NCBI GenBank assembly: GCA_000934665.2
Contig: KZ538616.1
Span: forward strand, 1-58,748
Direction of reading: 5' to 3'
From: Catajapyx aquilonaris
Lineage: Eukaryota
Length of the DNA stretch: 58,748 bases
Position numbers and translations under genes: made by a program. A model generated the notes under the pieces. That model saw only the letters and a program-made list of their open reading frames with translations. It searched no databases and was not told the DNA's origin. This document shows, piece by piece, positions 35,949-47,500 of this stretch (position 1 is the first letter of the stretch; each line of letters opens with the position of its first letter).

Positions 35949-38136
35949 GCTTACATATGCTTTATTGTATGAATAGGCATGCGATCGTACCAGCAAATCA
36001 ACACATAAATTTAGGCCTGATAATGACAAAAAATTTACAGTGTTTTACATTTCAAGTTGAAATAATTTACTTTCATTCCTACCCTTATCTTTTGATATCA
36101 TAATCCTTTGAACTGTAAGCCAGTATGCCATTCACTGGAGAGTGCGCTACATCTGTAATATACCCAGATCTGCAAAGAAGAAAGTTAAAAAAAAAAATCA
36201 AAAGCAGATTCATAAGAATTCAAAAGCAGTTAAAAGAGAAGGATGAACTCCGATTGATGTCAATGAAAATGGCCTTAGAGACACGCTGAAAGCGAGTGGG
36301 CGGGAAAGGATGAGCGATGAGTGTATGGATTAAGGGCTAAGAGTAAAGGAGAGAGAAGTGGTTGGGTTTTCTCAGTTTCAACCTCCCCGACACCAGACTC
36401 TGGCCAGCTCTGATAAGGCGATCCCGGGGGTTAATAAACAAACTACTCTTGCCGAGCAAGAAATGGCTCCTATAAAGCTGCCGTCTCGTGGTAGTAAAAA
36501 GACCCAATATTACTGTCACAAATTATTGCTCATTAACGATTCCGCTGCGGGATGAAATATGGAGAAAGAAAGGGGGGGAGGGAATAGGATGGAGAGGAGG
36601 GGGGGATCTAGTTTGGTGGTTAGAAACTAGGGGGGTAAAAGGGGGGTTGCGCTTCTCTGGGATTCCTTTGCCTCTGGCTTTGTCCGTCGAGATATTATGG
36701 CACTGTTGCTTGGGATTGGTTAATGTAATCTGAAAGTTCGGGGGCGTGATTTTTGGCATGGAGACACGGGGTTTTTGTCTTAGTTTTGATGAATAGTGCT
36801 GCTCAAAAATACTTGTGAATTAAATGTAGTGGATAATAATTCTCCATTACATTTAATTCACAATAATTTCCCATTTAATTCACAATGACAATAATAATTA
36901 TTGAAGAAATGATTTTCTTTTGTATAACACCTTAACATTTGGCACTCTATATGCATGTTAGGCACAGATGCCAAAATTTTTTGACATATTTAACCACATT
37001 TCCAGGCAAAATTATTCGTCAGGCGTATACAAAAGGTGTTTACCTAATGACGCACTCTTTGGATATGTCCCATTCCGGAAGAAGGTGTGATCCTCGCGCA
37101 AATTCCAGGGGCTCTTACAACGGCGGCATGTTGAACAAAGCCGATCTTAACAAATTGACGAAAAGCCCGCCCATGCAGGATTAGCCTACAGAGTACCTGT
37201 TCGAGATTGATGGAAAGAAGCGGGGTATTCCGCTGGGAGGATATCTATCCCACGGGGGAGCTTGGAAAACCTTGGGTGTAGTCCAATGGGACATGCAAAT
37301 TCAAATGAGATTGTTGGGATGGATTCCCCCCCTCTCTGTGTGCCATTTCCCCCCCTTCCTCTCCCCACTACCAGCACCACTCCTTCATCTTGGCTGGTAT
37401 TTCCAAGCGTAGGGGTGTGCTGCGCTTCATGGCTGCAATCGAGTGGCGGATCAATGGCGCTAAGCAAGTGTCTTAGCATACAGGCGGGCGCTTCTTCAAA
37501 CAAAAACTTCCGGCATTTGGTAAGCCCCGGGACCCTGCCGCCTGTCCCATCAAGCGTGATGCATTTCGCCTCCCCCCGTTTGGATGAGTTCAATAATACT
37601 CAATAATAAATTTCTTTTACGGCTGCCTCCGGAGTTGGTCTGAAAGGCAACAATCATATTCCATGCTCCGCTGCCGGCTCCAGAGTTTTGCCAGCCCCAG
37701 ACGTGGCTTAGGCCTATCCATAATAATGGGGAGGGAAAATGGTATATGGCCCTGGATGGACTGCCTGCCTGCCTGCTTTCTTTGCCATGCTCTGCCTTTG
37801 CCTTCTACGTACTTTTCCGTCTCGACTGCTACTGCATAGTGTGAGCTGCCAAGGATACTAACGCCCGCCAGCTAGGAGACTCAATTTTGGCTCCTTTTTT
37901 ACCCCTCGGTTTTTGGTGGGGAAACACCGAAATTGGGGGGTGTACATGGGAAACGAGATGTTATTGGGGTTAAGACAATGTGGGCAGGATGACAACTTTA
38001 TGGGTTGCAGATCCATATGACTTGTAGTGACGCAGGAATCAGGCGGTTACATCCTAAATTCGTGAAAGTGATTCTATGTCTGTCGATTGTGCAATTTGCT
38101 CAATCAAATTTTCGCCATTTACAATTCTGGACTGTA

Positions 38137-38678
38137 CAGGGTTTCCAAATTCGTGGGGCATTACCGAAGCAGTGGTAGCGGAGGGGTTATGGTATCCGAC
38201 TGCTAATCGGGAGGTCCTGGGTTGGAATCCCTGTGGCCGCCGACCCTGACCGTGGTTTTCTGTGGTTTCCCATGGTCTCACCAGGAAAATTCTGGGGTCG
38301 TGTCCGTAATTATAGGCCACAGCCGCTTCCCTCCGTCCCTATCCCATCCCCATATACGAGAAGTAAAAATGAAACCAAGAGTTCCAGATAAAATAAAAAA
38401 ATATGGTGGTATCCCACCCCCCTAAGAGGCCCCATGGCTCTAGCACGGGGTACACATAATTTATTATTATTATTAAATTCGTGGGGCTTTTTAAATAACT
38501 TATATCGCCTGATTGTATGCAGTTATTTTTTTGTAACTTGTTGTTGTGCTCCTAACAACTGCTATATCCGACCCCCTGGGTGTAATGGGGAACCTGGATC
38601 GGGGCGCAACAAGCTACAAAACTACTATAGGGCGATATCAGTTATTAAAAACGCTACTCACGAATTTGAAGCACCCTG
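38137..38678. mobile_element. Tc1/mariner-type foldback MITE (~214 bp) interrupted by a SINE
   Basis: With the SINE and one TSD removed, the left arm is TA|CAGGGTTTCCAAATTCGTGGGGCTTTTTAAATAACTTATATCGCC. The right arm reverse-complements to CAGGGTGCTTCAAATTCGTGAGTAGCGTTTTTAATAACTGATATCGCC. Inner arms are TTTTGTAACTTGTTG / CAACAAGCTACAAAA. Confidence 0.85.
38163..38474 (+). mobile_element. tRNA-derived SINE, full-length copy 2 (312 bp)
   Basis: A-box-like TAGCGGAGGGG, stem-loop TCCGA-CTGCTAA-TCGGG, B box GGTTGGAATCCC, central GGTTTTCTGTGGTTTCCC...CAGGAAAATTCTGGG...AGGCCACAGCCGCTTCCCTCC domain and a (TTA)n tail. The 16-bp TSD AAATTCGTGGGGC[A/T]TT is at 38147-38162 and 38475-38490. Confidence 0.93.
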
Positions 38679-41269
38679 CATAATGCTATAACACTAATTC
38701 AACTGGCCAAATATTCATGCGCAAATCCGCCATAATTTCTAACCTGTAGTATGATACTGGCATAAACTCGATTTGACGGACTGTAACGCACTTCATCCCA
38801 CATAACTGCTAATATCTATTGATATGACCAGGCACAAGTGACGCTCAAATTCCGCAAAAGTGCGGAAGAAAACGAGCCCCCCTAATTTAGGTTCCCAGGC
38901 ATGAAATCCGGCCGAAACTATTTTCCAACGGAAATGAGCGATGGATTCAAATTCAGCGGGACATCATTTAGTTCTTAGTGCCATCAGCGTTGAGCGATGT
39001 GGGAGCGATTTAACTTGAAGCGTTGATGAAATAAGCGTCCGTGAGTGCTGCTATCGGGTAGAGAGAGGGGGGGGGGGGGGNGGGGGGGGGGGGAGTGGCC
39101 CTGGGTAATGAACAGACACTGCGTAATTGCCCACCAGGAATACTCCGCAATTTAGCTTCACCACTCTACCAACCCCCCAAAAAAGTTATAAACCACTTGC
39201 AATGCGGATAAAATAGGGAAAAAAATGTGGTGACGAATGGATCTGACGTGCCGACACAGCTCCATTGCAGGGTTAAAGGATTACCCCGTCATTTGTTATA
39301 ACGCTTCGGATTACACGCATGTTTGACAATTTTGCACTGAATATCATGTGTGGGGTGGGATAAGACCGGTATTAGTGTCTTGCTGTCTTTACCCTTTCAC
39401 TTATGGGCAGCAATATTTTTGGCAATTATTTTGTTGGTGTAAACTGTTAATTTTTTAAATAATTTTTGAACCGTACATGCTTATCGTAAACCTTCCCCAT
39501 GCTTGTAAACATAAATTAGAGCACCTAAACACCAAAAGCGGAGATAACGTACGGTGCCAACGAAAATGCCCTTTCCGTCCGCTATTACTTGCGTCTTAAC
39601 TATCGTCGACTTGCTGAAAACCCCGGTTCCCAGCTGACCAATGCGAATTTGACGAGATTTAAGTGTATGTTCTCGAGCCCCCCCGAATTTCCCTCCGTAA
39701 TCTGGCCAATCTCCCCCCCCCCCCCCCCCTCTCTTCAACTCCCCAAACACCAGCAACCAATTGGCCCTCCCCTCCTCTCCCCTCCTTCCTTAGTCTTTGC
39801 CTTTTCCTCATCACATTTCCAGGCCCTTGTACCGTATATTTCACCACCGCCTGAAAGAATACCTGGGATTTATGCGACCCATCGCGAGGCTTATCGCCCG
39901 AATATTAGTGCTAACCGCGGCAGTCTATAACTTTTAGCTCTGTCCGTTTTATCGTATAGGCATGCAATAACTGATTCCATAACAATAAATTGGTGGAGGA
40001 GGAGGAGGAGGAGGTTACAAGGAAGAGAAGGGGGGATAGGAAAAGGAAAGGCGGGGCATGCCCCGGGGCTATGGACCCATCACTTCCTGCTGATGTGATG
40101 TGCACAACTCATTAAGATCGAGTTAGTTCCTTTCCCCCAGAGTTAATTAGGAAAGTTTCAATTGCAATCATCGAAGAAAGTTGGAGATTTATTACGTCCT
40201 TAGCCCTAAACCTTACTCCCTTTTGCAGACCGAATGAAGCGAACCGCACCGATTCACACTGCCTCTTTTTTTTTAAAGCCATTATTTGCACCTAATCCGC
40301 TGTTTGTTTTTTTCGTGTTTCGAGACACGCTTCTTGTGTATTGGTAAAGATGGGAAGGTTCTTTTTCGAATGAGGTGGTGGCGGGGGGTGTAATAGGATT
40401 TTACGCCCATTATGTCTCCGTGGCCGCAACATTGCCATGCTTAGCCTACTGGAAATAGAGCGTTTTGTCAGGCGGGACAGGCTGGAGTACTTGATTTTTT
40501 GCGGTGAATCTGATGCATATTGACTACCATAGTCAACCACACCATAGAGGCGGGGTTTGGTAATTCTGAAGGTGTGGAAGCAAAATGAGAGTACCACTCC
40601 CAATCGGAAATTTCGGAAAATTTATTGCTATTTATAGCTCGAGTAGATGATTCAATTAGGCAGCGAGTATTTAGAGCCACTAATAGTAATTATGCAAAAG
40701 TACATATTATTGCCCAAAACATTGCAATTGATATGTGAAAATTGCATTTATACATAATAAAATCCTAACAATAGTGTAGCCTACATATTCCCTCCTTGCT
40801 CCATCCAAAATCCGTCAATTGTGCTCCGACTTGATCCAAACTCAGGTGGGCGCCAGGGCTCTAAAGTGTTCTCGCAGTAACAAGGCTCCCCCTCCCCATT
40901 GATCACCCGAAGACAATGTGGAAGGTGTTGGGGACTTGTCACTCGTCTTTCAGCCCTCGTATTTCAACGTCCCTCCAACCACTGATAAGTCCTGAATGGC
41001 AATCAGATGTTGGCCGAAGCTATAGGGTGGAGGGAACCAACCTGTCCGCTCACCTGGTGTCACCTATCTAAATTTGGAAGCCTCGTAATTATACACTCGC
41101 CACCCACGGTTATTCAGAACGGATCATCTAGCAGCTACATCTAACAGTTTCCGCTTTAAAAAAAACTATTAGTGATGAGTTCCAAGTGTCGTAGGGTGGG
41201 ATCTGATCCCTGGTGCCTCCCAAATTGAATCAAGCTGTCCGTGACGGATGAGGCGCCGTGGACAAGCCC

Positions 41270-41281
41270 TGACAGCTGTCA
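41270..41281. promoter_or_regulatory. Palindromic TALE-homeodomain (Hth/Meis, TGIF/Achintya) dimer-type site
   Basis: Exact TGACAGCTGTCA within a non-repetitive GC-rich island. Confidence 0.4.
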
Positions 41282-42015
41282 CTTAATCCAGACAGACGTG
41301 GCGCTCTCGCGTCTATTTGGAAGCCCAGGCGCCGCTTATCTTTGACGGCTTCGACGCTGCAGATGGAAACTGGGGACACCTTTTTTTTATGGGTACGAGG
41401 TATTTTATCGGGGTTGACAGGAAGGAATCACCTGAGAGGAAAAACAGGGTGTGGGTTGCTAGAGAGAAACAACCATGAATTTTTATAAAACAATTTGTTA
41501 AAAATATTTGAAGATTGTTCCTATTGGCACGTATATGTCCAAGGTGAGTTAGGCATTGGGTTTTGGACAGCCTGACCACTGCAAACCGTTTTTCCCCAGG
41601 GGCCAGAAGTGCGGCCTCGACTTCCCAAGATGACACTTTTCCTGCCCGGAGATTTACAGGGGCGGCTCAAGATTTACTGCGAGCTCTTGCATCCGCCCTG
41701 GAAACCACCCAAAAAGGCCCATTCCACTTTTTTTCCCCCCTCCCTCCTCCAATGTATTTTTTTTTCTGGTATGTCTCAGTCTGCTTCATCTAGACCCCTG
41801 GAAACAGGACTCTCCCAAACTTTCTAAGCAGTTAACTCAAGTTTGACCGACCTGGTCCTCGCACACACTATTAAGTGCCCAACATCATTTGCAACAACGA
41901 GACCGCCAAGAAGTGCTGGCTCCACCTCAGGTGCACTTTGCCTAAATGAATCTGCAAACCTTGGTGTCCCAGTGCGTGTCCGAAATGCAGCTTTTCCACG
42001 ACTATATATACACAC

Positions 42016-42195
42016 NNNNNNNNNNNNNNNNNNNNNNNNNNNNNNNNNNNNNNNNNNNNNNNNNNNNNNNNNNNNNNNNNNNNNNNNNNNNNNNNNNNNN
42101 NNNNNNNNNNNNNNNNNNNNNNNNNNNNNNNNNNNNNNNNNNNNNNNNNNNNNNNNNNNNNNNNNNNNNNNNNNNNNNNNNNNNNNNNNNNNNNN
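42016..42195. other. Assembly gap (180 N)
   Basis: Run of N. A further gap lies at 25615-25629, with single or double N at 907, 14251, 39081, 48680-48681 and 58066, most of them in or beside G/C homopolymers. Confidence 0.99.
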
Positions 42196-43703
42196 GGGGG
42201 GTGAAGAATTTTACTAACGTGGCGAATATCTTGTATGGAAATGCTGCGGCCAATTCCGCCTGTTCATTTGCAGATACCGCGGGATGTGTGCTTTTGTGTG
42301 AACGAGGCTGCTAGAAAGTAGGGGATGGTTTTTGGGTTGGGGTGGAGGGGGGTAGGGCTAGGGGGGATTGTTACCTTCCTATCCGTGTAAGTACTTGGGA
42401 GTGCAGCCCCGGATTATATGGGAAAAGGGGGAAGGGGGTAAGTGCAGGCAATGGTTTTTGCACAGCTCGTGCAAGCTGCTGGAGAAATGCGAAAGTATAT
42501 TATAAGAGCTGGGGTTCAAAATTGGGCAAAATTTGGGCGACGAAGTCTTTTTGCTATGGAGGGGGGTTGTATGGGGGAGGTCATTTCTTTTCACTTGTTT
42601 CAGCTATGGTATTACGGGGCGCACCATATTGGAGCATTATTTGGTTATTTATTCGACTCGTGAGCATCTGCTTTCGTATTAGCGTCGCTCTTTCAAGTTT
42701 TTAAAGAGGGCCGACATTGTTGAAATGGATCAATTAACTAGTATAGGGTTAATTGTGTGAATATGTGTGAAGTTAACCAAAGGCATATATTTCCAAGCAT
42801 GATGCAGACTAGCCAAGTCGTCTTGTCCTCTCCCTTCCTCCCCCCCTTACTTGGTTCTTCTTCTTCTTTTCTCCAACCTTCCATCTCGTCCCACTCATAA
42901 CATAAATCAAAGGGTAAACCTCCCTTACAAATCTGACATTTATCATTGCTCACGTACTCTGCAGCTACACTGCTGCGGCATTCCAAAGGCAGTTGGGCGC
43001 TGCTGCTGCCTTCTCCCTTTTGCAGTTGGGGAAAGGAAAGGGGAGGGTGGGGTATAGGGGTGGGGGGCAAGAAGGGGGGGAAGAAAGTGGCGCCATAATT
43101 TTAAATAATTGCAGCTAGCGTCAAGGCTTTGTCAGCCATCAATCAGGGCTCGGCTCTGACAAGTGCCAATTTCGGGGCCGGCGGAGTCTGCGAGAAAAGG
43201 AGAAAGACTTCCACCCGACCACCCACTTTTCCCATTTCGAACCCCCCCACTCCTTCCTTCCACCCATCCCTCCCCCTCAATTTTCCTTCTGGGGGATTTT
43301 CCGAGGCCTATGGCGATTGATAATGGACAGCAGTTTCGCAGAGTCGTGACGTCGTTCTGAATGATAATGGTTGTATAATCCATGGCGTGTGATACATGCG
43401 GGGGAATTGCAGCTTTCTTGATAGATTGCGGTGCAGCAGTGCGACATTTCTGCTCATTATGGATGGGGGCGCGGGTGACTTCATGGCGACTTACTTGCTG
43501 TAATGGTTTAATGGCAGCAGTTTTTCTGGACATTACAGGATGCAGAGATAGGGAGAGTTTTGGGGTATTGTCAGCCTAAGTAAAAAAATAAGAACTGCTA
43601 ATACTGGTCCTATGGCCTGTTGATTATTAGTGCAAGTGCTGGCCTGGAAAAAAGTGAAATCTGAAATTTCGTAAACCCAATATGTACTGTATACATTCAT
43701 GTT

Positions 43704-44511
43704 ATATCCTCCTTAGACCTGGTGTCGTCATATGTCGACATCAGCAAAAAAAATCATTTTAAACTCATTTTGGCGGTGCAAATTAAATCACTTATGAAAA
43801 TGGCGGATGCCACTGCTGAAGCTAGGATAAGTTTAATTTTTTTACTCATATTTAGAGTGCAATTTTCGTCAATGCAGTGAATGTCCTGGGATTCGCAAGC
43901 TAGGAATGTGTATTAGGAAATACTAAAAGATGTGTCTGTGACAATCTTTGTTGCTGTAGAGGACTGGTAATTTTCTATTCTTCCTGAGACCAAATGCGCA
44001 TTTAAATGGACATCCGATTATTTTTTTTAGCTGAATGGGCTGAGACTTTTCTGTAAGTGCCTGTACCTATACACCCATAAGAAAGTGTGCTTTGCACTAT
44101 ACAGTTCAGTTTTAAAATCTAGAATAGCGAGGTACCATGCTAGGCGGTAAAGAAGGGAAGGAGCAAGCCTCATTACATGCCTGAAGTGGTGGCATTCAAA
44201 AATAATTTCATGTACATGTCTTCTGAGAGGAATTGCTACCACGAATTCCACAAATGAATTTTAAAAAAGTTGTTTTGAGGATAGAGCACTATATGTTAGT
44301 GATCCATTAAGTGGCATTTAAATTTTCAGCTTTCGTCAGTTCTGCTTTTGTAGTGCTAGCAATTGGGTCCTAATGTTCTCATTGGTTGTTTGTCATTATA
44401 TTTGTCAATATTTTAAAACTATAATTTTTCTCGTTTCTTGGGAAGATGTTCAGAAAATGCAATAGGAACTGACATTGCGTTAAAAATTCTTCTCAGGTCT
44501 CAGAAGGATAT
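43704..44511. mobile_element. Non-autonomous DNA transposon, ~810 bp (possibly piggyBac-related)
   Basis: TIRs ATATCCTCCTTAGACCTG (43704-43721) and CAGGTCTCAGAAGGATAT (44494-44511) match 16/18. A subterminal near-palindrome TGTCGTCATATGTCGACA follows the left TIR. A second left-end-like motif TTCCTGAGACC...CATTTAAATG is at about 43980. The interior is AT-rich with no transposase ORF. Confidence 0.6.
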
Positions 44512-47500
44512 GTAAGAATCACAGGTATGAATTCCTTCATCATGGCACTGTATATTATTAGTAACACCTGTAACTATTTCAAAGTAATTTCAAAAGTCTA
44601 TAGTCGCTAAGCACAATCTGATTGTGACACCCGCTTTCTCTCTGAATTTTATGTACACTACTATTATCGTTGTTTATTATTTTATACAGTCAAAGCAGAG
44701 ATGACATAATGCGCTCATAATTATGTTGCCTAAAAGCCTTTTAAAAAGCCTCAAAACACTCAAATTGTACAGTGCCAACAGTTGTTTATGGTAAAATGCA
44801 ATTTGAGAGATTTTGTCTTGAATATACGTAAGCTTGCAGTTTCACTGTGCTCCTTACTGCCATGTCACCATTTGCGCTACTGTACAGTTTAAACTGTAGT
44901 TACCAACAACCCTCCACTTCCACCACACCATTTGTGCTTTTCCATAATAAACTTACTGAAATGTCCAACCCAACATCGCTAGTCCCCCAAGTTACAATGT
45001 ATGTTCACAAGAAATGCTAAAATGTCTCAAATTCGCTCTCGCAATCTTGTGGACACACGTTGAACCTATATCGCAGCGGACATGCGCCACGTGTAGACAC
45101 ACCGCACTAATTCAAGGTGTCTCTTTTGTACCCAACAATGCACATCCTCCACGGACTTGAAACATCCTTCCCTCTTTCCCCTACACTCCCCGTTTTCCTC
45201 CCATCCTCCGCCCAGCCTGGAGCATTTTTGCTCCGGAGCATGAAATGAGGTCGTAGAAAAGATTGAAGGATGATGGTCATGGTGCATAGATTGCTCTCCC
45301 TTGGCTCAATGTCTCCCTTTTATGCCCGGAGCCTGTTATGAGCCCGGTGGTGACGCATGTCCGTCATACCCTGAGCGGAAAGAATGGGCCCAAGATGGCC
45401 TCTGGCTCGCCCCTGGAAGGAAGAAGCAAGGGGGAAGGAATAAATGAATAACGGGAGAGGGAGGGAGGATGAGGGAGAGCGGGGAGGGCTGCTGCTGCTG
45501 CTGGCTAAAAAGAAGAGAAAGTAGCCCATGGCGGTGGGGGCTGTTATCAGACTCAGCCACACTTTACGGTTGAAAGTTTTATGTGCCATGTATGACGGAG
45601 AGTCATAACTTTGGTCTGGATGTTGATACTACATGACACTAATTGCCCGGGCCGGGAGAAATTGTTAGGCCTATTGCGTCCAAAGTCCAAACACATCACT
45701 CTTGAGAACGGCAGCCCTTCCCCGTTTCGGGTCTGGCGCTAAATTTTCCCAGGAGGGAGGGGGGGGGGCTGCCAGACGGATACCCCCCCCCCCCCTCACC
45801 ACTAGTTCTTTGCTTAGAAGGGCGTTATAAAAGAGGTAGGCAAACTGGGAGTTGCGCTGGAGAATAAGGAAAAGGCCCTGGTTCTTGGTACGTGCTAAAA
45901 ATTAAATCGGAGGCCCCCCCTTACTGCCTGATAAGGCTGAGAAAGAATGGTTAATAAGTAGGTGCAAGATGGTTTACGGCACATTTATGCGGGGTACAAG
46001 CATCTGCACCGTGGAACGTGAAGTTTGGCCCGGACAGTTCATCATCGTCGATGTCTTTAAAAAACGGATGGTGGCTGTACCTTAAGGAATTGGGTGTGTA
46101 GAGGTTATATGGCTGTGAAATAAAGTTTAATAAATTTTAGTGCACTCGAAGTGATCGCAATTTTTTGTACCAAGTGGCCAAGAGATCAAAAATATTAGCT
46201 TCGAATATTAGGCTGATATTACAATTTGAAACATACTGTTTATCAATATGATCAGAAACATTCCTTTTGATGATGTGAGATATTGGTCCCAGGCATAACT
46301 TGTGTGTTCGTTCAAAATCCCATCCATCCTTTATCGAGCGTAGTTATTTTTATTTTTATTTCTTTTATCCGGCCCGTGAATTGTGCCGAATGGATGAAAG
46401 ATGTACCGAAAGATGCAAGAGCCAAGTTTGGATTCCTTGCGGGCAGAGTTGAAAGGTTGATGAGCAACGAAGTGACCGATTGCCTCTGCCATCTCCCTGC
46501 AGACAGGCATCAATCAATATGGTTGTGACAAGTCCCAACACCTCCCAATTCTTCAAAGTTGGGCCTTCCAAAAAAAAATGATTGGATGATAGAGTACTGG
46601 TCCAAATGCAGCAGCAGCCAACTCTAAAGCGCGAGTTTATTCCAGGCAATTCCCAAGCCCTTCTCCTAAACTCTAATATAGCCCGGGTGTTGGACTTCAT
46701 ACGTAGCGCAAATTAGAGCAATATTTCTTAGCAGAAGCACAATTGTGAAGGAGGAGCCGCGCCGTGTACAGTAGTCATCTCACGTATGCAATCTAAATTG
46801 CGGTTTCCGCTGCTGGAGGCGGGCTTAAGTCTTATTAGCGCTGGTTTGACTGGAGAACATACTGGAGTCTGATTACGCCCCTTGAACTGACCTGTGGGGA
46901 AGCTTCCCCAAAACCTGCGCTCATAATTAACCCGCGCAATTAGTGAAAACGTGCGTGTATCATTGGGCGTTATACTAACAAGTTTATCAGACCTAAATCC
47001 ATTACTTTCTTATCACTCGGGTCATTGCATCTTGGAAGCAAAAAAAAAAGAAATATTAGCACGAAAGGCAGGTGCAAAATACACCTTGATGAACTTGCGG
47101 TTCGTGTAAGTTGGTGACTATTTTTCAGGACCTATATGTAGCTCTTTTCTCTGGTATAATCAAGCTTCCTCCACGTCACATCCAACCCCTGACTAAACAA
47201 GGGCCGAGCTCCTTCCCCCATTTTATGAACGCTGATATTTATTGCTGAGGGTAATCAGGTAAAAAGCATTAATTAAACACCGTAAATGAGATTAATTAGT
47301 TCGACTTTCACATTATATCACCGGACGTGACGCAGTGGCGGCAGATATGAGACCGGACCTTGACAGCATGAGTTAGTATCCCTCCCGGAAAGCCCACCGC
47401 AATGGGAATGACGAGGGGTTGGGGATGCAAAAGGGGTAGAACACTAGGGTAAAACAAGGGGGTGAAGAAACTAACTCCTTATAGACCTTCGAAACGGATT

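Noticed and set aside
38163..38235. tRNA-Ser(GCT) gene (also 390-460, minus strand)
   Set aside because: No proper acceptor stem or long variable arm, and the sequence continues into a SINE body with tail and TSD. It is a SINE head, not a tRNA gene.
41843..42314. ORFs spanning 42016-42195
   Set aside because: Artefacts of translating the N gap.
44883..44898. Short perfect palindromes (44883-44898, 12782-12795, 52905-52918)
   Set aside because: Palindromes of 14-16 bp are expected by chance at this window size.
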